From positions 1-36,548 of IMG/VR virus record IMGVR_UViG_3300025018_000071: a stretch of DNA of 36,548 bases; one strand, given 5' to 3'. Source of the DNA: a virus (taxonomy: Duplodnaviria; Caudoviricetes). Of this stretch, positions 18,456 through 26,083 are shown piece by piece. The position numbers and the translations under genes are program-made. The notes under the pieces were generated by a model, which did not search any database, had not been told where the DNA came from, and worked only from the letters and a program-made list of their open reading frames with translations. Each line of letters opens with the position of its first letter. Position 1 is the stretch's first letter.

Positions 18456-18833
18456 ATGAACGACAAACCATTTGGCTTAGCCAACGACGACACCCAATAC
18501 AGCGCCGAGAGCCCTGAGGTAGTAAAATACCTGGAAATGTTCCCGGACGTTGAATTAGACGCCGCTATTGGCTCAGTGGTTACTATTCACAATAACGTTA
18601 TTGCTGGGGCCGAAGTGGCTGGCGACGTTAAAGAAATCACTGACATGATCAGCGCAAAGTTATTGGCTGATTCCGAGGAAGTGCCAGCTGACGAAAACGA
18701 GGAACCGGAAAATGACGGCCTCGAAGACGAGACTAAACCTGAGGGCGAAGATTCTCCTGCGGATTCCGAAGAAGAATCTAGCGACAACGGAAACGTAGCT
18801 GACCCAGCTCACGTCAACGAAATCAAGGAATAG
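18456..18833 (+). CDS. Highly acidic hypothetical protein (125 aa)
   Basis: Very D/E-rich with few basic residues; ATG with A-rich leader. Confidence 0.75.
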   Translation: MNDKPFGLANDDTQYSAESPEVVKYLEMFPDVELDAAIGSVVTIHNNVIAGAEVAGDVKEITDMISAKLLADSEEVPADENEEPENDGLEDETKPEGEDSPADSEEESSDNGNVADPAHVNEIKE

Positions 18834-18884
18834 TTTTTTTACAAACGGCCGACTGATTCCGGTCGGCCGTAGCAAGAAAATTAA

Positions 18885-19037
18885 ATGGGACTGACGGCGG
18901 CCGACGGAAAGCAAATAACCTACCACCTGCCGATAGAACGTTGGGACGAAACCTGGTTTGCAGAAACCTTAGACCTGGCCCCGGAGTGGGACGGACACAC
19001 GCCGGCGGACGTGCTAGAAAGATTAAAACACCTATGA
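18885..19037 (+). CDS. WDGH-motif phage protein, short/partial (50 aa); not in the ORF track
   Basis: MGLTAADGKQITYHLPIERWDETWFAETLDLAPEWDGHTPADVLERLKHL; TGA stop overlaps the next ATG (ATGA). Confidence 0.7.
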   Translation: MGLTAADGKQITYHLPIERWDETWFAETLDLAPEWDGHTPADVLERLKHL

Positions 19038-19309
19038 AAGTAACCTGCGGAGACGCTAATCCAAACGGCAACGTGCTCTTAACTTTTAAGGGTGGTTGCC
19101 GAAAAGAGCTAAATATCAAAGACGCTTATCGTTGCACCGGTTGCGGCGGCTGGTTTCATAAGGACTGCATTTTAAAACACTTCGAGCAAGAAAAAGCGCA
19201 TGACTTCGGCCGCGATAAAGTCAAAAAAGAGATAGAAGTTTTTATTGTTAATAACTCTGTGCCCTCCAACGAGATAATGAAAATCGTCCGGGGCATTAGA
19301 AAAATCTAA
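19034..19309 (+). CDS. Small Cys/His zinc-finger-like protein (91 aa)
   Basis: C..C..CTGC..WFH..C pattern; the ATG at 19034, coupled to the upstream stop, is preferred over the track's TTG at 18941. Confidence 0.6.
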   Translation: MKVTCGDANPNGNVLLTFKGGCRKELNIKDAYRCTGCGGWFHKDCILKHFEQEKAHDFGRDKVKKEIEVFIVNNSVPSNEIMKIVRGIRKI

Positions 19310-19311
19310 GT

Positions 19312-19542
19312 ATGTTTAATCTAGTCACTAAGTTTTTTGATAAGGACTATCAAAAAATGCAAGTAATCTTTAAGAGAGAGGAAAAAGTTTTAATCGTTGT
19401 GCCGAGAAAAGAGGAGTGGCCTAAAAATAAGGTCGTCCGGGTATTTTATAACAAGCACGTCTTTAAAATCAGAGTCAATAAAGTTGTGCGCGTGCCTAAG
19501 AGAGTGGCAGACTCCTTGCCTACTTGTATAAAATTAATTTAA
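19312..19542 (+). CDS. Basic hypothetical protein (76 aa)
   Basis: Tightly tiled ORF. Confidence 0.65.
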   Translation: MFNLVTKFFDKDYQKMQVIFKREEKVLIVVPRKEEWPKNKVVRVFYNKHVFKIRVNKVVRVPKRVADSLPTCIKLI

Positions 19543-19548
19543 TTATCT

Positions 19549-20127
19549 ATGTTTCATTTAATTTTCGATACCGAAACGACCGGCTTGCCTAAATCCTGGT
19601 CGGCCCCTTTAGACGACGCGGAGAACTGGCCCCGGCTTGTTTCTCTGAGTTGGATAATCACTGACGGCAAAAATAAGCAGGAATTTGATTTTATTGTTAA
19701 GCCGGACGGCTTTGCAATCCCCTCCCAGGCGTCAGAAATCCACGGTATAACGACGGAGCGCGCTTTGGCGGAGGGTTATGACCTTAATTTCGTCCTAGGG
19801 CTATTTAGAGCCTTTATTAACCTCTCGGACAAGATAGTCGCTCACAATATCGACTTTGACCGTTCGATCGTGGGCGCGGAGTATTACCGGCTCGGACTAG
19901 GCGAGGCTTTCTTTGCCCGGTGGAACGAGAAAGATACTTTTTGCACTATGAAGAAGTCAACCGATATTTTAAAATTGCGTGGCACTCACGCCGGCGGCAA
20001 TAAATGGCCGAAATTAATCGAGCTGCACAACCACCTTTTTAACGAGGGCTTTGACGGCGCCCATAATTCCTTGGCTGATACTCAGGCCTGCGCGCGGTGT
20101 TATTTCGAGCTCGTAAAATCTCTATAA
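19549..20127 (+). CDS. DEDDh 3'-5' exonuclease (DnaQ/Pol III epsilon-like)
   Basis: IFDTETTG, IHGIT, VAHNIDFD and AHNSLADT motifs. Confidence 0.9.
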   Translation: MFHLIFDTETTGLPKSWSAPLDDAENWPRLVSLSWIITDGKNKQEFDFIVKPDGFAIPSQASEIHGITTERALAEGYDLNFVLGLFRAFINLSDKIVAHNIDFDRSIVGAEYYRLGLGEAFFARWNEKDTFCTMKKSTDILKLRGTHAGGNKWPKLIELHNHLFNEGFDGAHNSLADTQACARCYFELVKSL

Positions 20128-20152
20128 TTTACAGTCTTCCAATTCTAGTATA

Positions 20153-20181
20153 TTGCTAAGACATTAAGAATTTGTTAAGAT
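20153..20181 (+). promoter_or_regulatory. Sigma70-type promoter (extended -10) for the replication operon
   Basis: TTGCTA-17 bp-TAAGAT with TG at -15/-14. Confidence 0.6.
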
Positions 20182-20212
20182 AAAAATGCCTGTTAAATTA
20201 TTCACTTGTAAT

Positions 20213-20302
20213 CAGAAATCCCAAGCTGGGCTTCTAAGCAGGTGAAAACCTTACTTAGACGGAGAGTGAATACTCCGCAGGCAGCCCGACTTGGGGTTTT
20301 TG
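20213..20302 (+). ncRNA. C4/CI-like three-way-junction antisense RNA candidate
   Basis: Outer stem 20213-20232/20283-20302; GAAA-capped hairpin 20233-20259; hairpin 20260-20277. Its loop AGTGAATA and the adjacent CAGGCA are complementary to upstream TATTCACT and TGCCTG. Confidence 0.6.
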
Positions 20303-20314
20303 TTTATAAAAAAT

Positions 20315-21052
20315 ATGGCAACAGATAATAACGGCTGGGTTAAAATCCACCGAAAAATTCAAGATAATGATCTGTGGCTATGCGAGCCTTTTTCAAAGGC
20401 CCAGGCATGGATAGATTTAATTTTTTTAGCCAACCATAAAGACGGCGGTTTCTTTGTCCGGGGTAACTGGGTGGCCGTAAAAAGGGGCGAGGTTGGCTAT
20501 TCTAAAGAGAGTCTAGCCGTCCGGTGGAAGTGGTCTCGCAATAAAGTTCTCAGGTTTATTTCGTTACTAGAAAACAGGGGTCAGGTGGAACAGCACAAAA
20601 ACTTTATATTATCGCTAATATCAATAAAAAACTATAATCAATATCAAGATAACGGCACAGCAGACGAAACAACAGAAAGACAGCAGAAAGACAGCAGACG
20701 GCACACAAACAAGAATGATAAGAATGATAAGAATGATAAGAACAAAGAGAGAGAGGGGCAAGCCCCTCCGTCCCCTCAAGTAGTGGCTAAGGATTTTTTC
20801 GAGAATATCCAATCAGAGCACCGAGTCGAATTGTATAAAGTAATTACCGCTAAAGGCGTCCCGGAGGAACTGGCTAAATCGGAGCTGCGGAAGTTTGTCG
20901 CTTATTGGACCGAGCCCAATAAGTCCGGCACTAGGAGGAGGTGGGAAATGGAGCGGACATTTGAATTAAGCCGGCGAATCTTTAACTGGTTTTCAAAGAT
21001 AAAAGAATTTGCCGGGCCAGTTAATCACAAGGGGAAAGAAATAATTTACTAA
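20315..21052 (+). CDS. Phage replication initiator / replisome-organiser-like protein
   Basis: N-terminal GWVKIHRKI, W..L...ANHKD, KRG..S..SLA.RW.WS wHTH, NYNQYQ; low-complexity linker; C-terminal FVAYW..R..NW. ATG 20315 preferred over TTG 20291. Confidence 0.75.
   Translation: MATDNNGWVKIHRKIQDNDLWLCEPFSKAQAWIDLIFLANHKDGGFFVRGNWVAVKRGEVGYSKESLAVRWKWSRNKVLRFISLLENRGQVEQHKNFILSLISIKNYNQYQDNGTADETTERQQKDSRRHTNKNDKNDKNDKNKEREGQAPPSPQVVAKDFFENIQSEHRVELYKVITAKGVPEELAKSELRKFVAYWTEPNKSGTRRRWEMERTFELSRRIFNWFSKIKEFAGPVNHKGKEIIY
20657..20768. repeat. Intragenic iteron-like repeats; probable replication origin
   Basis: Four ~11-bp units ACARCAGAMR(G) at 20657-20701, (AAGAATGAT)x3 at 20711-20737, and hairpin GAGGGG-caag-CCCCTC at 20753-20768. 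Confidence 0.55.
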
Positions 21053-21064
21053 TTTAAAAAAAAT

Positions 21065-21409
21065 ATGCCTGAAAAAAAACCAAAAGCCTACCTGATCGTA
21101 ATGAGCCGGGGTGGCGATATTCAAATTGACGAGGAGGAAGTGTCTAAAGTTTTAAATGCCATGCGGAGCGGCGCCTCAGCCGTCCTGCGCCGGGGAATCT
21201 TTAACCCGAGTTTCTATGTTTCGATTAAAGAGGACGAGCATAGATTAAGAGTTTTCTTCGACGAATTAAATAATATCGTTGACGGAAACCGGAGAGCTAA
21301 ATCTTACGGAATAGGAGAAATAAAAGCCCTGCCTGAGTTTGAAAAACTATCGGATATTTTCGAGGGACTGAGTTTACCGGGGAGGGAAGATATTAAAAAA
21401 TTAAATTAA
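21065..21409 (+). CDS. Hypothetical protein (114 aa) downstream of the initiator
   Basis: Tiled ORF with A-rich leader. Confidence 0.75.
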   Translation: MPEKKPKAYLIVMSRGGDIQIDEEEVSKVLNAMRSGASAVLRRGIFNPSFYVSIKEDEHRLRVFFDELNNIVDGNRRAKSYGIGEIKALPEFEKLSDIFEGLSLPGREDIKKLN

Positions 21410-21415
21410 CTATCT

Positions 21416-21739
21416 ATGAAAAAGATTATCATTGCCATTTTATTGGCCGTTTCAATTTTTCTGCCGATCATAGCAAAGGCAGAAAATAGCGAACTAGACT
21501 CGCGCTATAAAGCTGTCCCGGACAATTTAGTCACCTCTCGTGAGTATTTTTATCTTGGTAAAGTAAAAATGCCGCTCCAAATGATTTATGATTTGCAGTG
21601 GTGGTCAGAAACTAAATGCTATAAAAAAACTTTAATCGTCGAGACTTATTATTCTAAAGGCCGAATAACAAAGACGATTAAATGCACTAAATTATTGAAC
21701 TGGTGGGAGCCGGAAAAGGCTAATTGCCAGGCTAAATAA
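21416..21739 (+). CDS. Secreted/signal-peptide protein (107 aa)
   Basis: MKKIIIAILLAVSIFLPIIAKA-E: classical Sec signal with an A-x-A site. Confidence 0.7.
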   Translation: MKKIIIAILLAVSIFLPIIAKAENSELDSRYKAVPDNLVTSREYFYLGKVKMPLQMIYDLQWWSETKCYKKTLIVETYYSKGRITKTIKCTKLLNWWEPEKANCQAK

Positions 21740-21740
21740 T

Positions 21741-22511
21741 ATGAGAAAAAGGCCTATTGTCCGCTATCACGGATCTAAATTTAGAATCGCCCCTTGGATA
21801 ATTTCGCAGTTTAAAGATTATCGGATTTATTGTGAGCCGTTCGGTGGAGGAGCCGGGGTGTTGCTTAAGAAAGAGCGGAGTTATGCCGAGATTTATAATG
21901 ACTTAGACGGAGAAATGGTAAACCTGTTTATTATGGCCCGGGACCGCGGAGAAACCTTGAGACGCTATTTAGAGACAACGCCGTTTAGCCGGGAGATATA
22001 TTTTTCCGCTTATAACGAAACGTCCGACCCGATAGCGCGCGCAGCCAATACCGTAATTAAGTCAATTATAGGATTTGGGAGCGACTCAATACGTCAAAAA
22101 TCAGGATTCCGCTCAGATTATAACCGTTCCTATACCACGCCAGCGCATGACTGGAAAAACTACCCTGAGGCGCTAAAATCTATCACAGAACGACTGCAAG
22201 GGGTGGTTATCGAGAATATGCCGGCTATTGATTTAATCAAGAAAATTGACCGGACGGAAGTGCTCTTTTACGTTGACCCTCCTTACGTCCACTCAACCCG
22301 TCAGAAAAGCAAGCGTTACGCCTTTGAAATGACTGACGAACAGCATATTGAACTAGCGAAATGCTTAAAGAAATGTAAAGGAAAAGTAATTTTGAGCGCT
22401 TACGAATCGGAATTATATAATAAACTTTATTCAAGTTGGAATAAAATAACTAAGCCATGCCTGGCGGACGGAGCGCGTCCAAGGCTAGAGGTTATTTGGA
22501 AAAATTTTTAA
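21741..22511 (+). CDS. Dam-like (D12 class) DNA adenine methyltransferase
   Basis: RYHGSK, YCEPFGGGAGV, EIYNDLD and FYVDPPY motifs; specificity unknown. Confidence 0.9.
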   Translation: MRKRPIVRYHGSKFRIAPWIISQFKDYRIYCEPFGGGAGVLLKKERSYAEIYNDLDGEMVNLFIMARDRGETLRRYLETTPFSREIYFSAYNETSDPIARAANTVIKSIIGFGSDSIRQKSGFRSDYNRSYTTPAHDWKNYPEALKSITERLQGVVIENMPAIDLIKKIDRTEVLFYVDPPYVHSTRQKSKRYAFEMTDEQHIELAKCLKKCKGKVILSAYESELYNKLYSSWNKITKPCLADGARPRLEVIWKNF

Positions 22512-22515
22512 ATTT

Positions 22516-23259
22516 ATGACTTCAAACGATATAAAAAAATTACTGCATAATAAATATTGCGCACCCTCCTATGCCTTTTTTACTGAGGTTGGAAGTTCGA
22601 CGGGCGGAGCGTGCCGATATGCAGACGGAATAGCTGCCTCTTTATGGCCGTCGACTGGCTTTGAGTTTCAAGGATTTGAAATAAAAACCAGCCACTCTGA
22701 TTTTTTAAATGAACTTAAAAGACAAGATAAATCTGACGAGATAATGAAATTTTGTGATCGTTGGTGGATAGTCGCGCCGGCCGGAATAGTTAAAAAAGAA
22801 GAACTGCCTGCGACTTGGGGACTGATTGAAGTGAAAGGAAATGGAAAATTATATACGACTAAGCACGCACCGCTCTTAAAGCACACGCGCCCGGAGCCGG
22901 GATTTATCGCAATGCTGCTGCGCCGTGCAACTGAGGGCATGATTCCTTATGCCTCGCTTGATAGTTTTAGAGAGGACTGCCGAAAAATTGCTGATAACAG
23001 ATATAAAGAAAGTAAAGAATATGCCGAGGAAAAATTAAAAAATGCGCAGGATAAAATAAAAGAATTCGAAGACGCTTGCGGAATTAATCCGCTCGATAGT
23101 TGGAAAGGTGGCAAAGAAATAGGAGAGGCGGTTAAATTTGTTTTAAATAACGGATTCAGGAGCGTTGATTATCACGTTGAGGAGGCTATTAGTTGTTTAG
23201 AAAAAGCACTCGGAGAGGTAAAAATAATTAAGAAATTTGATAAAAATATTAAAGATTAA
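22516..23259 (+). CDS. MmcB-like PD-(D/E)XK nuclease with C-terminal coiled coil
   Basis: EV..RYAD..LWPS.G..GFEIK.S.SDF..EL..K..CDRWWIVAP..EELP..WGLI. Confidence 0.7.
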   Translation: MTSNDIKKLLHNKYCAPSYAFFTEVGSSTGGACRYADGIAASLWPSTGFEFQGFEIKTSHSDFLNELKRQDKSDEIMKFCDRWWIVAPAGIVKKEELPATWGLIEVKGNGKLYTTKHAPLLKHTRPEPGFIAMLLRRATEGMIPYASLDSFREDCRKIADNRYKESKEYAEEKLKNAQDKIKEFEDACGINPLDSWKGGKEIGEAVKFVLNNGFRSVDYHVEEAISCLEKALGEVKIIKKFDKNIKD

Positions 23260-23264
23260 TAGTT

Positions 23265-23459
23265 ATGACTCAGCCTATATTTGGAAATCAAAATTGGATT
23301 AGTTATAATAGCGCACTCAAAGACCTATTCAGAGCGCAACGCGCGCGAGGGAGCGCCAAGAGGGTGGCGGATAATATCAAACTGGCAGAGAGCCGGGTCA
23401 AGTATTACGAGAAGTTAGTTAAAGAAAAAATACCGGCAACTAAGCCGGCTAATCAATAA
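23265..23459 (+). CDS. Hypothetical protein (64 aa)
   Basis: Tiled ORF. Confidence 0.6.
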   Translation: MTQPIFGNQNWISYNSALKDLFRAQRARGSAKRVADNIKLAESRVKYYEKLVKEKIPATKPANQ

Positions 23460-23466
23460 AAACTAT

Positions 23467-23637
23467 ATGAAAGAGAAAAATTTAACGGACGCGATTTTAA
23501 GACAAATTACGTTCCGTCTCCCGGGTAGATTTTTGTATTTTTGTTTGGTAGCGGCTTTCGTTCGGGCAACAACCGGAAAATGGAGCCATGTCGACTCAAG
23601 CAAAGTAACGCTCAAAGATATTATGGACAGATTATAA
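23467..23637 (+). CDS. Hypothetical protein (56 aa); not in the ORF track
   Basis: MKEKNLTDAILRQITFRLPGRFLYFCLVAAFVRATTGKWS...; fills the gap exactly. Confidence 0.6.
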   Translation: MKEKNLTDAILRQITFRLPGRFLYFCLVAAFVRATTGKWSHVDSSKVTLKDIMDRL

Positions 23638-23638
23638 T

Positions 23639-23667
23639 TTGTCTAAACGTGCAAAAGATAGTATAAT
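23639..23667 (+). promoter_or_regulatory. Sigma70-type promoter giving a near-leaderless small-terminase transcript
   Basis: TTGTCT-17 bp-TATAAT; the ATG is only 9 nt after the -10 box. Confidence 0.65.
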
Positions 23668-23676
23668 TTTTAGTAT

Positions 23677-24402
23677 ATGGTAAAGCCTCAAAAAAAAAGA
23701 AAAGGAAAAAAAACTGATAATTTGCGTCAAAAAGCATTAGCTAAATTAATCATTGAAAATCAGGGCAAAGAGCCGCTAGGTAGTTTAATGGCTAAGGCTG
23801 GCTATTCTCATAGCTATTGCCACAACCCCCAGGAGCTAAAAGGCACGGAGTCTTGGCAAGAAATAATGGGCATTTATTTTCCTGACGAAATGATCGCCGA
23901 AAAACATATCGAGCTTTTAAACGCCGAGATACTTTTAACGCGCAATGTCTATTACAAGCTCAAGGATAGCGAGATTTTCGAAATGTTTAATGGCCGTGGT
24001 TATCAAGTCGTCGATATTAAGCGCTTTATGACTAACTGCGTGGTTACGTATTTCGCGCCTGATAATGCAAATCGCAAAGGCACGCTTGAGCTGGTTAATA
24101 AATTAAAGGGAACCTACGCCCCGGAGAAACATAACTTTGGCTTTACTACCGGCCTAGAGAATATGTCAGACGAGGATTTAAACCGGGCGCTTAAAGATAA
24201 AGAGTTTTTAATTAATCGTTATCAACAATATGGCAAAACCATTAATAAGCCAAAACCAACCGCAGACGTTCAAGACAGCGAGCGGCAAACTGACAGTGCA
24301 AAAAGGACTAAGGCTAAACTTCCCCGGAAGAATACCGTCAAAGAAAAACTCAAAGCAGATATTCCGGTCGGGCATGCACTTAAGAATAGTGCCAAGCGCT
24401 AA
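23677..24402 (+). CDS. Terminase small subunit (putative)
   Basis: HTH-like M.KAGYS.SY..NPQ.L, PD...R...LEL..KLKG.YAPEKH and LENMSDEDL; first gene of the operon leading to the large terminase. Confidence 0.6.
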   Translation: MVKPQKKRKGKKTDNLRQKALAKLIIENQGKEPLGSLMAKAGYSHSYCHNPQELKGTESWQEIMGIYFPDEMIAEKHIELLNAEILLTRNVYYKLKDSEIFEMFNGRGYQVVDIKRFMTNCVVTYFAPDNANRKGTLELVNKLKGTYAPEKHNFGFTTGLENMSDEDLNRALKDKEFLINRYQQYGKTINKPKPTADVQDSERQTDSAKRTKAKLPRKNTVKEKLKADIPVGHALKNSAKR

Positions 24403-24688
24403 TTATAATTCCTGGCATGCCGAGCAGCAAACTTGGTTTATGCTTAACCGGAGGAAATGGGGCGTGCCTCCTATGCCGATTAATCGCTGCTCCATGAATA
24501 TAATTATTACTTTCCCGGATAGAATCAAAGCGGACCTGACAAATAAAGCTGAGTCGATAATGGACCTGCTCGTTGACCTGGGAGTGCTCGAAGACGATAG
24601 CCATTTTAACTGCGACGACCTGAGACTTATTTCGGGCGGTGTCGATAAAAAGACGGCTGGCGCAATTGTCGATATATTTTATAAATAG
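24230..24688 (+). CDS. rusA: RusA-family Holliday junction resolvase
   Basis: IPSKKNS, ADLTNK..SIMD.L...GVLEDD catalytic pattern. Confidence 0.8.
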   Translation: MAKPLISQNQPQTFKTASGKLTVQKGLRLNFPGRIPSKKNSKQIFRSGMHLRIVPSANYNSWHAEQQTWFMLNRRKWGVPPMPINRCSMNIIITFPDRIKADLTNKAESIMDLLVDLGVLEDDSHFNCDDLRLISGGVDKKTAGAIVDIFYK

Positions 24689-24781
24689 CCTTGTTTATTG
24701 GCATTTTAACCAAAAAACGAGGCTCTACAATGGTCTAGGACGAATCGCAAGGTGTAATCATACGGCCAATAATTTAAAAAA

Positions 24782-24892
24782 ATGAAAACATTTTTAATTA
24801 TATATTTATCACTTAGTTTGTTATTTCTAGCGTTCCTTATGTCGGGCATGACGGCTGAGTGGATTAAGAAGAAGTTTAGAAAATATGTTTAA
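24782..24892 (+). CDS. Small single-TM protein (36 aa); not in the ORF track
   Basis: MKTFLIIYLSLSLLFLAFLMSGMTAEWIKKKFRKYV; overlaps the next start. Confidence 0.45.
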   Translation: MKTFLIIYLSLSLLFLAFLMSGMTAEWIKKKFRKYV

Positions 24893-25205
24893 CCAAGATA
24901 TTGTCGAGCAAAATTTAAACGATAGAAACGAAATAATTAAAGCCTATAATAATATCATGACTTTAATTGCTAACGCCTTGAATCAGGGTAAGCCGTTCAT
25001 GTTTACCGGCCTAGTGGTGGGAGATAATAATTTGCCTCTACCTATGGGCTTAATGTTTGGAGACGATAACGTCCTAAGAGAAATGCTGCCTTTCTGTAAA
25101 CAGAATAATGAGATATTATTTAAGAGGTTAGCTCCGCCGGTTAAATCTATCAGCGCTCAGGTTGATAAATTACCGGACGGAAATTGTTTAATTAAGTTTT
25201 TATAA
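24885..25205 (+). CDS. Hypothetical protein (106 aa)
   Basis: Tiled ORF. Confidence 0.7.
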   Translation: MFNQDIVEQNLNDRNEIIKAYNNIMTLIANALNQGKPFMFTGLVVGDNNLPLPMGLMFGDDNVLREMLPFCKQNNEILFKRLAPPVKSISAQVDKLPDGNCLIKFL

Positions 25206-25256
25206 AGACAAGCCGAATTTAGATAGCGCTTGCTATCGTTCGGGGGTCGCAAAAAT

Positions 25257-25490
25257 ATGGGAGAAAATGATTTAACTTTTGGCCAAAAGGCTGTCGGATT
25301 AAGTTTTAATCCTGGCGGCAACGCTGACGTCGACAAAATGAAACGGCTTTATGCTGACATTATCGACGGCTTAGACACTTTAAGAAACTTTGAGGGTGCT
25401 AGCCCTGAGGTAAAGAGACTGTGCTCGGTGGCTATCACTGAGGCGCAGACTGCCCAAATGTGGGCGGTTAAGGCAATCACTTGGAAATAA
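25257..25490 (+). CDS. Acb2/Tad1-like helical-hairpin protein (77 aa)
   Basis: FNP.G...VD..K...A..ID.....EVKRLCSVAITEAQTAQMWAVKA resembles the R..S.A.T....A.MW..K helix of this family; ATG 25257 preferred. Confidence 0.55.
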   Translation: MGENDLTFGQKAVGLSFNPGGNADVDKMKRLYADIIDGLDTLRNFEGASPEVKRLCSVAITEAQTAQMWAVKAITWK

Positions 25491-25494
25491 CTAT

Positions 25495-25863
25495 ATGATT
25501 ATTTTATTTATAATTTTAACGGCTATTTTCTGTGTCTTGCTGATCATAAACTTCGTGGCTACTGCTAATTTGCAGTCAGACTTAAATAAGCTCGAGGATA
25601 GGCATAAGAAACTTTATAAGCGATTATTTGGCGATTGCTTATTTGATTCCGCTAGTTGTTTTGGCCAAGTCGATAAAAGATTTGTTAAACTTATTAAGGA
25701 AATAGACGAAAATACTACCAGGTTAGATAATCGAATCGACGACACAGTTGTTAGGTCCGGGGAATTAGAAAGGCATTTAGGCATTAAATACGAGAAGAAG
25801 ATTATTACAACTAACGGCGTTGAAAAAGACGTTAGTAAATATGTCCGCAGTGGACGCAGATAG
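25495..25863 (+). CDS. Membrane-anchored coiled-coil protein (122 aa)
   Basis: N-terminal TM helix followed by heptads. Confidence 0.7.
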   Translation: MIILFIILTAIFCVLLIINFVATANLQSDLNKLEDRHKKLYKRLFGDCLFDSASCFGQVDKRFVKLIKEIDENTTRLDNRIDDTVVRSGELERHLGIKYEKKIITTNGVEKDVSKYVRSGRR

Positions 25864-25877
25864 GGTCGCATGACCCT

Positions 25878-25950
25878 GGGGAAATCGGCTAGTGGTCTAG
25901 GCCTACCGTCTCCAACACGGTAAACGTAGGTTCAAATCCTACTTTCCTCG
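25878..25950 (+). tRNA. tRNA-Trp (CCA); 3' CCA not encoded
   Basis: Acceptor GGGGAAA/TTTCCTC+G; D arm GGCT..GGCC; anticodon arm ACCGT-CTCCAAC-ACGGT; T arm GTAGG-TTCAAAT-CCTAC. Confidence 0.9.
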
Positions 25951-25954
25951 CCCT

Positions 25955-26083
25955 ATGAATATAATTATCGGCTTAATTACCAAGGCATTAATCTTGCTGC
26001 TCTCAGTGGCCTTATTCTTTGCGGTCCGGTTTTTATATCTCTATCTTAAACACTTAGCTAATAAACTATGCCCGACCAAATAA
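25955..26083 (+). CDS. Small single-TM protein (42 aa); not in the ORF track
   Basis: MNIIIGLITKALILLLSVALFFAVRFLYLYLKHLANKLCPTK; overlaps the large terminase start. Confidence 0.45.
   Translation: MNIIIGLITKALILLLSVALFFAVRFLYLYLKHLANKLCPTK

Noticed and set aside
21741-23259. Dam-like MTase plus adjacent nuclease as a type II restriction-modification pair
   Set aside because: The nuclease resembles the MmcB-like family common in phage replication regions and adjacency alone is weak evidence; not strictly excluded.
25878-25950. tRNA as an attP/integration site
   Set aside because: No integrase or recombinase of the tyrosine or serine families was found in the genome.
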